DNA of 64,000 bases from the human T2T-CHM13v2.0 reference genome, Homo sapiens (GCF_009914755.1 NC_060931.1); one strand, 5' to 3'; numbered from the stretch's first letter, positions 12,605 through 28,596 are shown. Translations and numbers: made by a program. The notes: generated from the letters alone by a model not told the origin.

Positions 12605-13050
12605 TAGGTAGTCCTCATGTTGCACATTAATATGGCACTATGAAAATCACCATGCAAGATAATTTAAATAATTAATGGGGGAAAAATTGTTCCATGACCT
12701 TTAAAAATATTAAAAATTTAAAACTTTCTTACTGTTGGTTATAAACAATAGGGACACAAAAATAGTGAAACATTTAGTAAGTAATTTAAAACATTAGAAA
12801 CACTGAGAATTAAAATGTTTCTTTTAAACTACTTATCAAGAGTAGTTTGAGCAATACTTGGTTTCTTTTGGTTATGTAACTTGCAATATGAAGAAAGCAT
12901 CTTTTCTATGCCTGGGCAAGTTGTCATACTCCTTTCTAATTTAGGACCAGCTTCCAACATTGTATCCTTCGTGACTTCAATGTTGTAAAATATCTCCAAG
13001 AGTTTGTTTAAGGTAATGATTTTTGCTGATGTCACCTCCTCTGGGGCATC
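12605..13050 (-). mobile_element. Tigger DNA transposon fragment with decayed transposase C-terminus
   Basis: TIR-like taggtagtcctc end. ORF 12829-13035 (…EIFYNIEVTKDTMLEAGPKLERSM…QTTLDK) resembles the Tigger/pogo transposase tail. Confidence 0.7.
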
Positions 13051-13129
13051 TGACAGGCATTCCTGCTAGGTCAACCTATAGCAGAGGGTGGAAGGGCCCA
13101 GAGATGGCAAGAGAGAAAAGGGGGGAACC

Positions 13130-13422
13130 TTTTAGAGGTGATTAGGCTATGAGGGCTCTGCTTTCATGAATGGATTAATGCCATTACGGCAGTGAGTTCA
13201 TTATAAAAGGACAAGTTTGGCCCCCTTCTCTCTCTTTCTTGCTCTCTTTTGGCCCTTTTGCCTTCTGCCATGGGATGACACAGCACAAAAACCCTCACCA
13301 GATGCTGACCCCTTGATACTGGACTTCCCAGCCTCCAGAACTGTAAGCCAACAAATGTGTGTTCTTTATAAATTACCCCAGCTGTGGCATTCTGTTATAG
13401 CAGTACAAAATAGATCAAGACA
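13130..13422 (+). mobile_element. MaLR LTR (MST-like) 3' portion
   Basis: gattaggctatgagggctctgc, ggacttcccagcctccagaactgtaag and terminal ...aagaca. Confidence 0.8.
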
Positions 13423-14673
13423 AAGGGGGATTGCAGGCAGGAAGGGAGCCCCTGACCTCTTAGTTTCACTCATCTGGAATTTAGCCACTACAACACAGAG
13501 CTGGGGCTTGAGGGGATAAGAAATGCTATTGACCTGCACTTCCCAGGGTGATAGTACAGTTACAGGCTGTAAACTCAAGGGAGAGGGAATGCCATCATCT
13601 TGGCCACATCAGCCTGGAGTAGAGCTTCTATCACACCAAGTTGGGGGAGGGAAGAGGGAGCAGCTTGTGACTGAAGTGCCATAAACTTTTGTTCTTACTG
13701 AGATTAGTATATTTTCTGGAATAAACGCTGCTGCTTTTGCTGTATGTGCTTAGGGCCATTTTCAGAGACTTTAAATGATTGATAATTGTTACCAGTAATG
13801 GTTATTTTGATGGGTAGTTGGTCCACAGAGCTCCTCACCTTGCTGTTCTAGAAATTGTCTTTTAGCTTAGTATTAATTCCTGAATTTTTCAGTTTTTCTG
13901 ATCTTTTACCTCCAGGATGACTCTTTGAAACAACTCTAAATTATTGACTGAAACTTTTATGTATAATTCTCATTTTGTTCTTCACACAATCTCTGTGAAG
14001 GAGGTTCTAAGAACTAAGAGGCTTAGAGAGGGTAAGGATCTTCCCAGAAATTACACAGCACTCCCAGATTTGGAACCTTTAGAAAGTTTATATACTTATT
14101 GGAAAACTTAGCTCATTTTTAATCAGAGGGAAGTCATTTTACAGTGCCCCATACAGGGAGTCAGATAACTACTTCCTAGTTAGGTTTTCCTCTCTATAGA
14201 GAGTCAACCAGCCCTGCTGTACTTTCCCGTGGGATCTGAAACTGCAGAAATCTACTGAGAAAAACAGAATGCTCACAGCAGGATAAAGCTCATGTTTTCT
14301 AGAGCTACTAAGATTCAGGCTTATGCCTCTGTGTTTGATTTTTTAATAGTCTTGCTAATGTCAAAGTGATTCTATCTTACACACCCCAAAGTCTGTAAAG
14401 GTATAATAACAAGGGGTGAGATTGTCTTAAATCTGCAGTTTCTTGATCTGTTTAGTGGGCTACTATAGGTTACTGCAGGACCTCTCAAGGTTTCTAGTAT
14501 GCAAAGGTGCATTTTGACTCTGTAAGAGTGGAATATCATATGTAATGTTTCTCAATTGATTTGTCTACATAACCGTATTTTCTTGTGCCATTTATATCCT
14601 GTGTTTTGGGGAAGGTTGGCCTAGAACATTTATTCTAAAAGGAAAGGGCATGGGAAATTCTTACCATTGGCAG

Positions 14674-15219
14674 TGTCGGGGAGGAAAAAATGCATACTTC
14701 TTACCCATTTAGTTTATTTTGCTAGTTTACAAATTAAATTGAGATAAGACAGATTAATAGGAGAAAATCAACTTTAATTATGTGTGTATACATGGGAGTC
14801 CCACAAAAATGTAAGACTCAAGGAAGCAGCCAGATGATTGAGACCTATATATTATCCTGAGCTACAGAAAGGGATAAGGGTTTGGGGCTTTTGCGGGGTT
14901 GTGGAGGCAAATTTTGGGAAGGCGAGGAGAGGAAATGTATGATCAATAAATGTTGCCTTGTTGTGCAGATAAAAGTGTCTTAGGTGATAAAGATGTTTCC
15001 AAAGAGTAGTTCTCTTCATGGTACAGATATTTTACTCATGATCATTTCCTTTATAGATATAAATTTCCTTTACGAAAGGGGGAATTTTATTTTATGTAGT
15101 TAGTGGAGAAGTCGGTAAAGAGCTTTTCCTGTATTGGCTGATTCTCAGTTTTTTTTAGCTCAAAATGATCAATATGCCGAAGTGGCATGTTCTGAAATGA
15201 CATATTCTGAATCCTTTCA
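14674..15219 (-). mobile_element. ERV1 solo LTR (MER34-like)
   Basis: Minus strand begins TGAAAGGATTCAGAATATG...GCCACTTCGGCATA. TG/CA ends and near-TSD gcag/gctg. Confidence 0.65.
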
Positions 15220-17138
15220 GCTGGAATATATTTGTATATCAACAGTGTTTCCATCTGTCAGCCCTTAGGGTCTGCTTATGGAAGATATAAGCACCTGGAT
15301 GACCATGACGAAAATCTGGAGATTTTGAGAAAACACTGGTGCAAGGCTCCATCCAAAATCAATTAAAGAAGAATCTTGGAAGATGGGGTTAGGTCACTGA
15401 TAGCTTGAAAGGCATCCCAGGTGATTCTAATACGCAGCCAGTTGAGAAGCACGGATTTTTTTATTGGGTTTTTCAGGCTGGCTGAAAGAACTGCGATGCT
15501 CAGGAAACCAGGGGTGCCTGGCAGGAGTTTGACCGGGGAGACTGAAGCCTGTCAACAGGGACAAGAACGGTAGGCTGGTGCCTGGCACCTGAGGGTACTT
15601 CAGAGGTGCTCATTAAAAAAGAGGAGGGGACATCAAGCGAGAATTCTTAATCAGACATTCAACAAATTGAGGGTCGTCTATGTGTTCTAGGTGCTAAGAA
15701 CTCGGCAGCAAACAAGGCAAAGTTCTCAGTGTCATGGAGTTTACATTCTAGTGGATGAGGACAAAAGTAAGTAAATGTTAAAAATATATAGCAGATGGTA
15801 ACTAAAGAGACAAAGCAGAGAATTAGGTTATTTGCTGTAACATCATCAAAAAGTCATTAGTATGGTGGCAATTGAGCAGAAACATGAAGGAAGTGAGGAA
15901 GTCAGCTGTGTGGGTGTCTTGAACAGTGTTTGAAGCAAAGGGAAGAGCAAATGTAAAGGCAGAATCATGGCTGGGATGTTGGAGGAGCAGCAAGGAAGTG
16001 CTGTGAATCTTGGGGAAAAAGAGGTTTAGATGATATGGGCCTCTGTAAGAGCCCTGGCTTTTACTTTAAGTCATAAGGGAAAACTTCGGAGTTTTGAGTG
16101 AAGAGTGATGTGATTGGAGGCACATTATAGCAGGGTGACTCTGATGCTGTACTGACACCAGACTGAAAAGTGTAGAGCATGGAAGCAGGGAGACCAGTTA
16201 GGAGTCTATTGTAATAGTCCTGGTGAGAGACCACAGCGGCTTGGACTAAGATGGCAACTAAGGTATATCTGAGAGGTGGTCAGACTCTGCATTTATCTTG
16301 GGAACAGAAGCATCCAGATTTGCTGATGAATTGTATATACTGTAGGAGAAGGAGAGGACTCAAGGATGATGTGAAAGATTTCAGTCTGAGGAGTTTTAAG
16401 GATGAGACTGGGAAGAATGAAGGAGAAGTTGGTGGGATGGGAAGGATTTAGGGCATTTTAGACATTAAGTTTGAGACATCTTGGTGGAATGACAAGCAAG
16501 CAGTTGAATCTGAGTCTGAAGTTCAGGAAAAAGATTCAGAGTGGAGACAGAATTATAAAAGTTATCAAAATGGAGATTGTATTTAACACGAGTGTGAACT
16601 AGATTCTTGTTACTTGCACCATCAACATCACCTGGGAGCTTGTTAGAACTGAAGACTCTCAGACCCTACCTCGGAACTGCTGAGTCAGTATCAGGATATT
16701 GTCACGATCCCAGGTGATCTGTAGGTACTTTAGAGTTTGAGGATTCCTAGATTAGATCATCTAGGGTATGAATGAATGTAGAAGAGAAAGACTGAGAACC
16801 TGAGACAATCTATCTCTGGAGGCCTTGGAAAAGAGCTGGAGACTGAGATGATATAGGAAAGGGGAATTTAGAGAGAATAGTGTTCAAATCCAAGTTAAGA
16901 ATGTGTTTCAAGAAAGAGGGAGTTAAATGCGTAGGTCAATTAAAATGAGGAATGCTAGTTTACCACTGGATATAGAAATATGAATGTCATTTGTTACTTC
17001 TATAAGAGCATTTTAATAGGATTCAAGATATTGGGAAGAGAAATGTTAGAGACTGAGGATAGACCTTCATGAGTTTTTTCTAAAGGAAAGGAGAGAAAGG
17101 GGAGGTAAGTGGATGGGAAACTCAAGGCAGGTAAAAGT

Positions 17139-17876
<738 letters not shown>

Positions 17877-19712
17877 GGGGAGAATTGAGAGTCATTCCAG
17901 GATACCCTGAATAGTTGAGAGGGAAGGAACGCTTGGAACAAGAGAAGGGATCACCTTTAGTAAGGAGGATGGAAAGTCACTCCTAGAAGTAGGAGAAAAG
18001 GTAGCTTGGTAGATGTGGGGATAGAAAATTGTAAGTTTTCTTTCAATTGACTCAGTTGTTATCAATGTAAAGGGAAGAATGTCATTAATTAAGAATGAGG
18101 ATGGGAAAGAAGCTACTGGAGATTTAAGGGGAATAACATATGAACTGTCACTTAAGACAGTTCCCCCAACGTTTTAAAGCCATGGCACACATAAAAAATG
18201 AGAATATTTGAGTGACAACTAGGAGGGGATTTGGATCCCTGGCCAAGTTTACTGGGGCAGGAGGCAAATGGCTCAGGGGTTCTGGTTGCCATTTGCCCAG
18301 ATGGCTAAAGAAAGTAATATCTTCTGGCATCCTGGTTCTGTTTGACACATGAATTGGGGAGCTCTGAAAGAAGAGATGGGAATGAATAAAGCAGACAGGC
18401 AGAAAGGTAGTCAGATAGCAGGAAATACCTTATGTGAGTGAAATTCATGAATTTGAAGAGGAGCTGGTGAGGATGGTCATATTTTTAACCACTTCAGCTA
18501 CACAGGTATAGTAATGCAATAGGGGGAGAACTGGATTTAACTAAGTTTGGGGTTATGCCTAGCAAGTATGACAGAGAGGGGATGAGGGAGTTGAGGAGAG
18601 ATGCCAAGTGTAGACTAATTATGATCATGTAATATAAACTAGGTGAGAAGAGATATTAGGACATGGAATAGGAGGGGAATATTGGAAAGGTAGTTTGGAT
18701 TCTGAATTTTGTGGGGTTTCACTGTTTTTGGAGATAAGAGAGAGAAGGAGATGACTGGAGAATAGAATGCTTGCAATTGATCACTGATGAGATGCAGGTG
18801 ATGGTAATGACAAAGTCAGGGTGTTATATGGGAGTGGGAAGTGGAGGCACCGTGGAGGAGAAGAGGCTGTTGGACTGAGAGGTCATGGTATTGGAGGAGT
18901 TATTTACATTGATATTAAAATCTCTAAGAGTGATGGCAGGAGGGTGACAGTGAACCTGGAGGTAAAATTCAACAATTCATTTGCTTCATTGAACAAATGA
19001 AGCAAATTTAGTAGCAAATTTTGTTGTATAACCCCAACAAATTGACATGACTATGAAAAGAAGGGCCAGTGTAGTCTGGTGGTAGAGTCTGAGGTCAGAA
19101 CTTCAGAAAGGGGCATTTGTCGGGGAGGGAGATACAATGTGTGGAAGTGACAATAAGGAGCAAGGAGGCCATCATCCTCTACCTCCATGTCTGGTTATCA
19201 AAGATATTGGGGGAGGAAAGCAGCCTGCTTGAGAAGGCCTCTGGAAAAACTGTGTTCCCCAAAGGGAGCCAGGTTTTCATTAGGACCATGTGGTGAAAGA
19301 ACTGTTTAAAGATGCAGGAAGTTTTGCTGAGAAGGTTGTGACTCTGGAGGGCACAAGGAGATAGTTTGGGGAAATTGAGAAGGTTTGAGAGATGAGAGCC
19401 CATTGTGGGATGTGTGAGGTACTAAGGAGATGAGAGCTCAAGTGCCAAGGTCTGGCTTGAAGAGGCAGGCTTCTTGTTATGAAAACTGCTGCTTTATGGA
19501 TACTGGAGAGCAAACAACTCCAGATAGCTTCAGTGTTTTCTACCCAAGCAACTACAGGTTATCTAACATCACTTTTCAGAGATCATGTTTCTTCTGGAGA
19601 CAGAAAATAATTTCCCCATAATCCAGCTGAGAAAATTGCTTGGCCTTCCCTTAACCCTTCCTTGAAACTTTCCATAAAATTATCGATTCCAGAAATGAGA
19701 AATGAAAGATAA

Positions 19713-20029
<317 letters not shown>

Positions 20030-20099
20030 AAGAATCTTATCTTAATCCTCTGTCTTAAGACAATTTATCCTGGAAAAATGATTATCCATTTTCTTCAAG

Positions 20100-20400
20100 T
20101 CTCTCTCCATAAAACCTCTTTATGGAATCTCCTTTTGATTTGAACTTTGATCCAAATCATAAACAATCCTCATTCCCTCTTAATGTTATGTATCACGGAT
20201 GTGAGACTGGGTGTATACTGGTGTATATGTGGGGGAACAGTGGTGTCCTGAATGCCCTTTAGACCTGATCTTTATGAATCACCATGATATTTCTATTTCC
20301 TATGACCTGTGTGATTTTTGGTTGTTACTTATCTTGACAAATATTCTTTTCAAAAACATTGCGCACTGAAGGACATCTGGAAAATTCCAGGAGTCTGTCT
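20100..20400. promoter_or_regulatory. CFTR +15.6 kb cis-element (motif cluster)
   Basis: DR1 HNF4/COUP-TF motif (rc GGATCAAAGTTCA) at 20141-20153, AP-1-like TGAATCA at 20275-20281 and C/EBP-like ATTGCGCACT at 20358-20367. Distance from the stop matches the established +15.6 kb DHS. Confidence 0.7.
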
Positions 20401-22508
20401 AGGTTCTAATTGAGATGCAATTTCCTACCTTCATAGCCTTTTATTGGGCAATGTTTGTTGACACTTGTTTTCCAAGTTACTGGATTACTCATTTCAGAGT
20501 TCAGTTACCCAGAAACCACCTACTTCTATGCCTACAATAAGAAGCAAACAAGAGGTTTTTGCAATAAAGACAATCAGTATCTAGGATAAGGGCTGGCATG
20601 TGGGCTGGTCCCATCTTTGCTGTGAAGCTACGGGGAGGAGGTAGGGAGGGGAGAGTCTGGCTTTCTCAGTTTGTTGAGTAACCCCAGCGGGACATCCTGC
20701 CTCACATCCTGGCAGTTGAATTAGCTGGGCTTTTCAAGGTCACAAGAAGGAATCCTATACCCATCACCTGCAATGATAGGAGTTTATTGTTCAAATAGTA
20801 GGTAGGAGGGGAAGGATGGGAAACTTCCTCATCACTGTTCAATTCCCCCTGGTCCCAGGGCTTCAGAGCTGGAATAACACACAACAGACTTCTTACCTCC
20901 AATCAAAGGGCAGGCAGGTAATTTGTCTTCTTTTTGTTTCCCTCACACAATGGAGAGTGCACAATTGGGTCGGCTTTTGATCTCTCACTATAATGCTCTA
21001 CAACTGGACATGGTTACCAAGTCGCTTCTGTGATGGTCAGCTTTTCCAGCATTAGGAGTTTTAACTGAGGCTTCAGGGATTCATACCCTGCCCCTCGCCC
21101 TGGGATTTTGTGCCAGAATGAGGGTCTGAGCATGTGTGCATTTTTTTGCGAAAGGATATGATCCTGTTTATAAAGGGGCCTCAATCTTTGCTTCAATTCA
21201 CTGTGGCTAGCGTAACAGATTTATGTTTTACTCATAGCTCGTGACAATGCAGGCAGGGATGAGCCCATTTGAATCACCATCCTCAAAAAGAATCCATATG
21301 CTGGCAGCGAGTGACTCCTCCTGCAACTGGTCATGTATCAGAGTGTTGTGTGAGGTAATCCCCTCACTTCCTCACACTGATTTCTGATACCTCTGGTCCT
21401 TCCACAAGTCACAGAAATGCCCCCATCTTCTGGCTGTGTACACGTGCTCATACACCACCCCTGCCTCCATGACAGAATGTAGAAAAGTTTTCTTGTGTGG
21501 TTCTATAGCCAAATAAGTCCCTTTCATGCTATTCAAATAGGGTTTCATAGTGCTGCACTCAGTTCTATTTTTCTTTTAAAATGATCAAGGTTGACTAAAT
21601 GAAAGGCATTTCAGGATTTTTAGTTCCTAGAAAGCAGATGGTTTATATATCAATCTCCTACTCTTTAGTAGCAAAGATTCTACAACTGCACATACAAACT
21701 TCAAGAATTCCAGGCAATCCTAAAGGTTTTCCTGGGCCAAGCCTCTGTGCAGAGGTATGTTTTTAACCATCTCCAATGGGATTTTCAGTATTTTCAGCAT
21801 TGACTCAACTCCAGTCAACAGCGATATCAAAACAAGTGAACATCAAGTCTGAAAAGAAAGTCTGAATACTGTTATCCAATCACAAAAAAGACGGATGATG
21901 TGAATGTGTGTTGCTCTTTAAAGTTGGTTATTTTAAGTCAAATCCACTCACCTTTCAATATAATCAGTAACCTTCATAGCTTGGGGCTGCCTGGGCTTCA
22001 GACAGCAGAGTTAGAGAAAACAGAACAGTGATTTGTGTGTTTGGCTTTGGAGCAATGCAATATGCAGTTCAAATTCAACCTCATTTCATTAACTCTGTAA
22101 CTGAAGTACCTGATAGCAACTACCAAAACTAACATGTAGAAAATAAACTTTATTTCACCCAAGAGTTCAGTTCACTGACATCGAAAGGCTTCAGAGATTT
22201 GGATCACATGAATATAACATGAGAGCTTTACAATTTTTAAAAACAAGTATGTTTAGAATAGGGATGAACACTATTCTGTCAGCATCAAGAATCATTTCTA
22301 ATTCTTGTAGACTCTTTTCCATGATAAGATCAATGTAATTTGTAACAAATTACCCTTGGGTTGAGTCCTTGGAGAAAGCTGGACTCATTTTTAAAAAGAG
22401 AATGAAAATTAATTTCAATCAAAGGCACTTAAGGCTTTTATTTATACTTTGCATTTGTTTTAGGGAATTTTTGTACGTTTATCAATAGTCTTTTATTACA
22501 ATATTTTA

Positions 22509-22857
<349 letters not shown>

Positions 22858-23081
22858 GCTAATATTCAGTAATACGTGCTTAATACAAACCTTAAAGTTC
22901 CCATATAAACCTGGAATCAATTCTAGGAAAGACACATAAAATATGGTGATTATATTTTATTTCACTCTGCTGTGGGAAGAGGCTGGGATAATGTTTAAAT
23001 TAAAACAAAAGTGACAATACCCCTATGAAGGAGACCAGGTCAACATAACCGGCTGGCATCATGTTTATCTTCTCAGCATTT

Positions 23082-23084
<3 letters not shown>

Positions 23085-23136
<52 letters not shown>
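23085..23136. repeat. (AC)26 microsatellite
   Basis: Perfect dinucleotide run. Confidence 0.98.
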
Positions 23137-23141
<5 letters not shown>

Positions 23142-23815
23142 TTTTGGCTCTACTTCTGACCTTGGCTTTTATATTGGTGTTCATTTGTTTTTCAGAGGGG
23201 CTTGGTTCTTTTATTTGAAGATACATCCTATTTGTTGGAAGAACTTCCATTAAATTATCTTGTCAGTTCTCACTAAATTTTCTTTTCACAGCTCTTGCTG
23301 TCTGGGTTATAAAAACCCATGGCAAACATGGGAGGCCCCAAAGGAATGTGTGCTGGGATCCTCTTGAAATATTATTGCCCTGGATCCTTTGAGCTCTTTG
23401 AGTCCAGAAAGCAGCATGGAGAAGGAGGGCAAACCTGCATAGTTTCTCAGAATGGATGAGTTTTTCTTCAGAGTAGCCATGTAGAGCAGCTCAGGAAATG
23501 ACTGCTCTTAAGCTGACAGGCTGGCAGAATATTAATAAATGCAAAATAAGCAACTGTCCTGCAAGTATTTCTTGGATGCTGTTTATACTTGATTTCTATC
23601 CAATGCTCTTTAGCACATCTTCTCAGAGTCTAGAAAGTTGTCTCCTTTTTCCCTCAAGCCAAATGGGTTACTGCTTTCAAGCTATTTTTGCTATGAAGAC
23701 AACAATAACAAAACAGCTATGCCAAACTACTTCTTATTTTCAAAACCAGTTTGATTTCCTCTGACAAACCATCAGGCCAGTGTGACTTTGCATCACTGGA
23801 TTAGGTTAGTGTAGG

Positions 23816-24222
23816 TGCTGTGGTTTGAATGTGTTCCCTAAAGCTTATTGGAAACTTAATCCCCACTGCAACAGCACTGAGAAGTGGGAGCTTTAACAGC
23901 TGAGCTGATTAGGTCTTGAGGGCTCCATTCCTTGTTACTGGGTTAATGTCATTATAATGGGAGTAAGTTAATCAGCCAGGGAGTGAGTTCCTGATAAAAA
24001 GATGAGTTCCCCAATTCCCCTCTTCTCTTCTGCAACAGACATGCTCTCTTGACCTTCTGCCTTCTCCCATGGGATGACTCAGCAAGAAGACCCTTGTTAA
24101 ATGTGTGCCCCTCAGCCTTGGACTTAGCCTGCAGAACTGTAAGAAATAAATTTCTGTTCTTTACAAATTACCCACTCTCAGGTATTTTGCTTATTTATAG
24201 CAGCACAAAATGGACTAAGACA
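23816..24222 (+). mobile_element. MaLR solo LTR (MST-like)
   Basis: TGCTGTGGTTTGAATGTG start, agaactgtaagaaataaatttctgttc and ggactaagaca end. Confidence 0.85.
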
Positions 24223-25062
24223 GAGTGTAACTAGATGTATGAGGAAATGACCTCTCTCTACATAGGCTGTCTATCTTTGGAGTACAGCTCCAGGTGGACA
24301 GTGGCATTGTTTAGGCTTGCTAGGAGGACAGCTAGGAGTGAATTAAAAAAATCCATTTTGCTTCTAAAACTAAAAGGGTCATTTTAATTAAAATAATACC
24401 ATAAACATAATTTATATTAAAAACAAAGTCATATACAAATTAGAGAAAAATACAAAGAAATGCCATTTCCTAGGTTTGATTCGGGCATCTTCATTTCTAA
24501 AATTAACTATTCCTGAGTTCTGCTAATGTGTCCTGCCACAAGTGTAGGCATAAAAAGGTGAAGGAATTAAACTACCAGGCTCTGAATCAAGGGACTTGTT
24601 TAATAGAATTATGTATAATGAAGAATCCTACTCTCTTTGAATTCAACGTGGAAGTTATTCCTCCCACCAAAAGAAGCAGAGAGGGAAGGAACCTCCCAGA
24701 AAAGTCCAGGCAGAACTTACAAGTTTGAGCCATATGAAACAGGTAATATTTGACCATTTTTGCTGAAGAAACATATCAATTCCATATTGATTGACACAAT
24801 AGAATCATCAACTTCTATAACGGGAGCTGTGGCCTTTTCCACTTTTTCCTTTCTCCTATATTTGAGCAGAAATTCCCAGAAGGGAGTAAAACTTGCTCTA
24901 CCTCTAGAATAGGCAAGAAATTGTTTTCTCTTCCTCCATCCTTCTGCAATATCAAAAAATATCTTTAAGTATTCAAGAGACGTGAACATTATTCCTATTC
25001 TCTCCTGGGATTCAGCCATCCAGCCTTCTTTACCCCAGTGGGCCTCAAAGTTCTCTCTCTCT

Positions 25063-25417
<355 letters not shown>

Positions 25418-26067
25418 TAATCCTCCTAAGTTTGCTGGGGCAGAGGGAGGGTGGGGCGGATATGGGAGTACTTTATATGTATAAAATTTTGCCATAGGGT
25501 AGGTTTTAATTCTCAGTTCTTATGTTTTCATAATTTCTTGGAGTAAAGAACTCCTTCAGGTATTGTTCATGATATATATCTATAACCTCAACTGACTATC
25601 TCAATTAAGATTTTGGTACACAATGAGTGTAGGCCACATAATCCTCATCCCTTACGGAATGCTGTTTAGTGAGTGTTATACCTGTCTAGGCATGTTTCTT
25701 GTTATACTTATGTAAGTTTTAACTTTCTTGAAGGCTGTCTCAGAATATATTCCTATGGCTCAATGCCTTTTATGTTCTTGGCTTCCCGTCAATAGAGGCC
25801 ATAGCAATGTGTGCTTGCTCACCTCATCTGCTGTTCAACTGAGCACACATTACCTGGCATGGGGAAATAACTTCAAATTTCTTCAGACAAAGGTCCAACA
25901 GGCCAGACAAGCTCATGGCTAGTTCCTTGACCTGAACAATCTTGTTATTTACAGAATCTCCAACATTCAAAATGGAGGAACTTCCAGCTCATGATTAAAC
26001 TCTTTAGCATTCTTTCAACATTGGCACCATTATATATTTCGATTAACAGCATTTTAAAAAGAGATAG

Positions 26068-26480
26068 TGTATTAGCTTCCTGGGCTGTTGTGACAAGGGA
26101 CCACAATCTAGATAGATTAAAAAGCAGTTATTCTCTCACAGTTTTGAAAGTTCTGGAAGTCTGAAATCAAGATATTAGCAAGGCCATGCTCTCTCTGAAG
26201 GCTCTAGTGGGGGATTATTTCCTGCTTCTTAGCTTCTGGTGGTTGCTGGTAATCTTTGGTGTTCCTTGGCTTGTAAATGTATCCTTTGAATCTCTGCCTC
26301 CATCACATGGCACTCTCCTTCTGTGTGGCTGAATTTCTCTCTTATTATCCTTAAGGATATCTTCATCCATTGTGGCCTCATGTTGATACGATTAAATTTG
26401 CAAAGACCCTATTTCCAAGTAAGGCCATATTCACAAGTTTGGATAGACATGAATTTGGGGCATACTATTCACCTCCGTGC
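26068..26480 (-). mobile_element. MaLR LTR (MLT1-like)
   Basis: tgtattagcttcct...ttattctctcacagtt...gaagtctgaaatcaag...gcaaagaccctatttcc. Confidence 0.8.
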
Positions 26481-26599
26481 AAGTAGTCTTGAAGATTTGC
26501 TTCTAAATATAATAAATCCATTTAAATAAAACTAAATGTGATTCAAATAAATACTTATACATAAATAATCACCACTATGTCCCAAGCTCCATCAGCTCC

Positions 26600-27600
26600 A
26601 TGTTTATATTTATTCATTTGTTAATTTAACAAATACAGATTAAAAGTCTATCATGTGTCCTGAGCAGTACTGGGGCCAAAATAATGAACCAGAGGGACAA
26701 GGTCCCTGTTTACGGGATGTTTATGTTCTAGCTGGGAGAGTGATAAACAAGTATAATTTCATTTGTGCTCTCAAAGCAATATTGAGAACTGACCAAGTGA
26801 CAGTCACTGAGAATGAAAAAGTGAAAAGAGTAAAGTCCATGTCTTCATAGAACTTACATTCTATTGGTAGGGAGATAATGCATAAATGAGTAGATAAGTA
26901 CACAAACAAATAACATTAGCTAGTGATAAGTGCTATCAGGAATTAAGAGGCAGGGCAAATGGTTGCAGGGTCAGAGAGCTTTGTGTCTTTTCATCTGAGC
27001 CCTGAAGGAAGCCAGGGAATGAGTCTTGTGAATGTTTGGGTTTAGTGTTCTGGTGGGAGGAACTGCAGATACAAAGACCTTGAAGAGAGCAAGTTCCTGG
27101 TGTATTTGGGAAGAACAGGAGGCCAGTGAGGCCTCTTGATGTGAATCAGGACAGAGAAAGGGATTGAGTGGTAGCCTGGGGCTCAAACATCCTGGTAAAC
27201 CATGACAAGAGCTGTTACTCCAAGTACTATGGGAAAGCAAGCAGAGGGTTTTGAGCAGGAGAGCAACATGAATGTACTTGAATTTTAAAGGGAGACCCTC
27301 TGGCAACGGTGTGAGTACTGGACTGTAGGGGACAATGGGTGGAGAAGGGGTCACGCTTGGGTGGGATTTTGACTACAGAGCCTGTGGTATTCAGAGAGTG
27401 GAAAGTGCTATGAAGTAGACATGGCATGATGGAGAGGGGGGTAGGAAGGAAGGTCATTCATTGGGTAGCTAGCATGTAGAGAGGCTTCACCGAGAAGACG
27501 ATGTTTTCGCTCATATGTGAATGACTAGAAATCGCCAGCCTTGTGAAGATCTTGGAAGATATTTTCAAGTAGAAGCAAAAATTGGAAAAAGAAAATTGGA
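26600..27600. mobile_element. L2 fragments
   Basis: ttattcatttg...aacaaata and gagggttttgagcagg...catga. Boundaries approximate. Confidence 0.55.
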
Positions 27601-28278
27601 AAGCTCTAGCTGTGGTGTGTTGGAGAAAAGAAAGGAGGACAGTTGAAACCTAGTAAGCCAGAAGATGCCCTGTAGGAGACAAAGGAAAACAGGGAGGCAG
27701 GGCAGTGTCAGGAAGGCCCCTGTGGTCCTTCCTGGTACTGTGAACTTCCTGAGAGTACTAGAAGAAAGAGTCTCTGTCCATAGCTTGCTGGCGCCTGCTA
27801 TTTTGTATGGTATAACATTACCCAATGTGAGAGGAGGAAGTGATGAACGTTCTAAGGTGCATAGAGTTAGAGGATGTCTCTCTACAAATTTTACAGGTCA
27901 CAATTTAAAAATGTCGATGGCCTTACACATAGCAAAATAATTTCTAGGAATTTATCCTACAGAAACAAAATTACAGATACTTAAATTTAGAGCATAAATA
28001 TTTTACTGTGGCCTTGACTACAATAGCAAAAGTAACCAAAAATAACCAGAAACACCTGGAAACAGTCCATTGTTAAGAAAACAGATGAATAATTTATGGT
28101 GTATGTATAAGTGGACATGTATTTAGCTATTAAAATAATGTGTGGGAGCTATATTTGTTGTTGACTTAGAAAAATGTCCACAATTTATATTTCAAATGGT
28201 AAATTGACCTACATAAATAATATGTAAATAAAGTATAATACACAAAATATAAAATTATTTTTAAAAACTCACCATGGT

Positions 28279-28596
28279 GGCTGGGTGCAGTGGCTCTCGC
28301 CTATAATCCCAGCACATTGGGAGGCAGGCAGATCATTTGAGGTCAGGAGTTCGAGAGCAGTCTGGCCAACATGGTGAAACCCTGTCTCTACTAAAAATGC
28401 AAAAATTATCCGGGCGTGGTGGCGCAGGCCTGTAGTCCCACCTACTTGGGAAGCTGAGGCAGGAGAATCCTTTGAACCCGGGAGGGCGGAGCTTGCAGTA
28501 AACTGAGATCTTGCTACTGCACTCCAGCCTGGGAGACAGAGCGAGACTCCGTCTCCAACAAAACAAAACAAAGCAAAACAAAAAAACAACAAAAAC
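28279..28596 (+). mobile_element. AluS-like with (CAAAA)n tail
   Basis: Full dimeric Alu. Confidence 0.93.
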
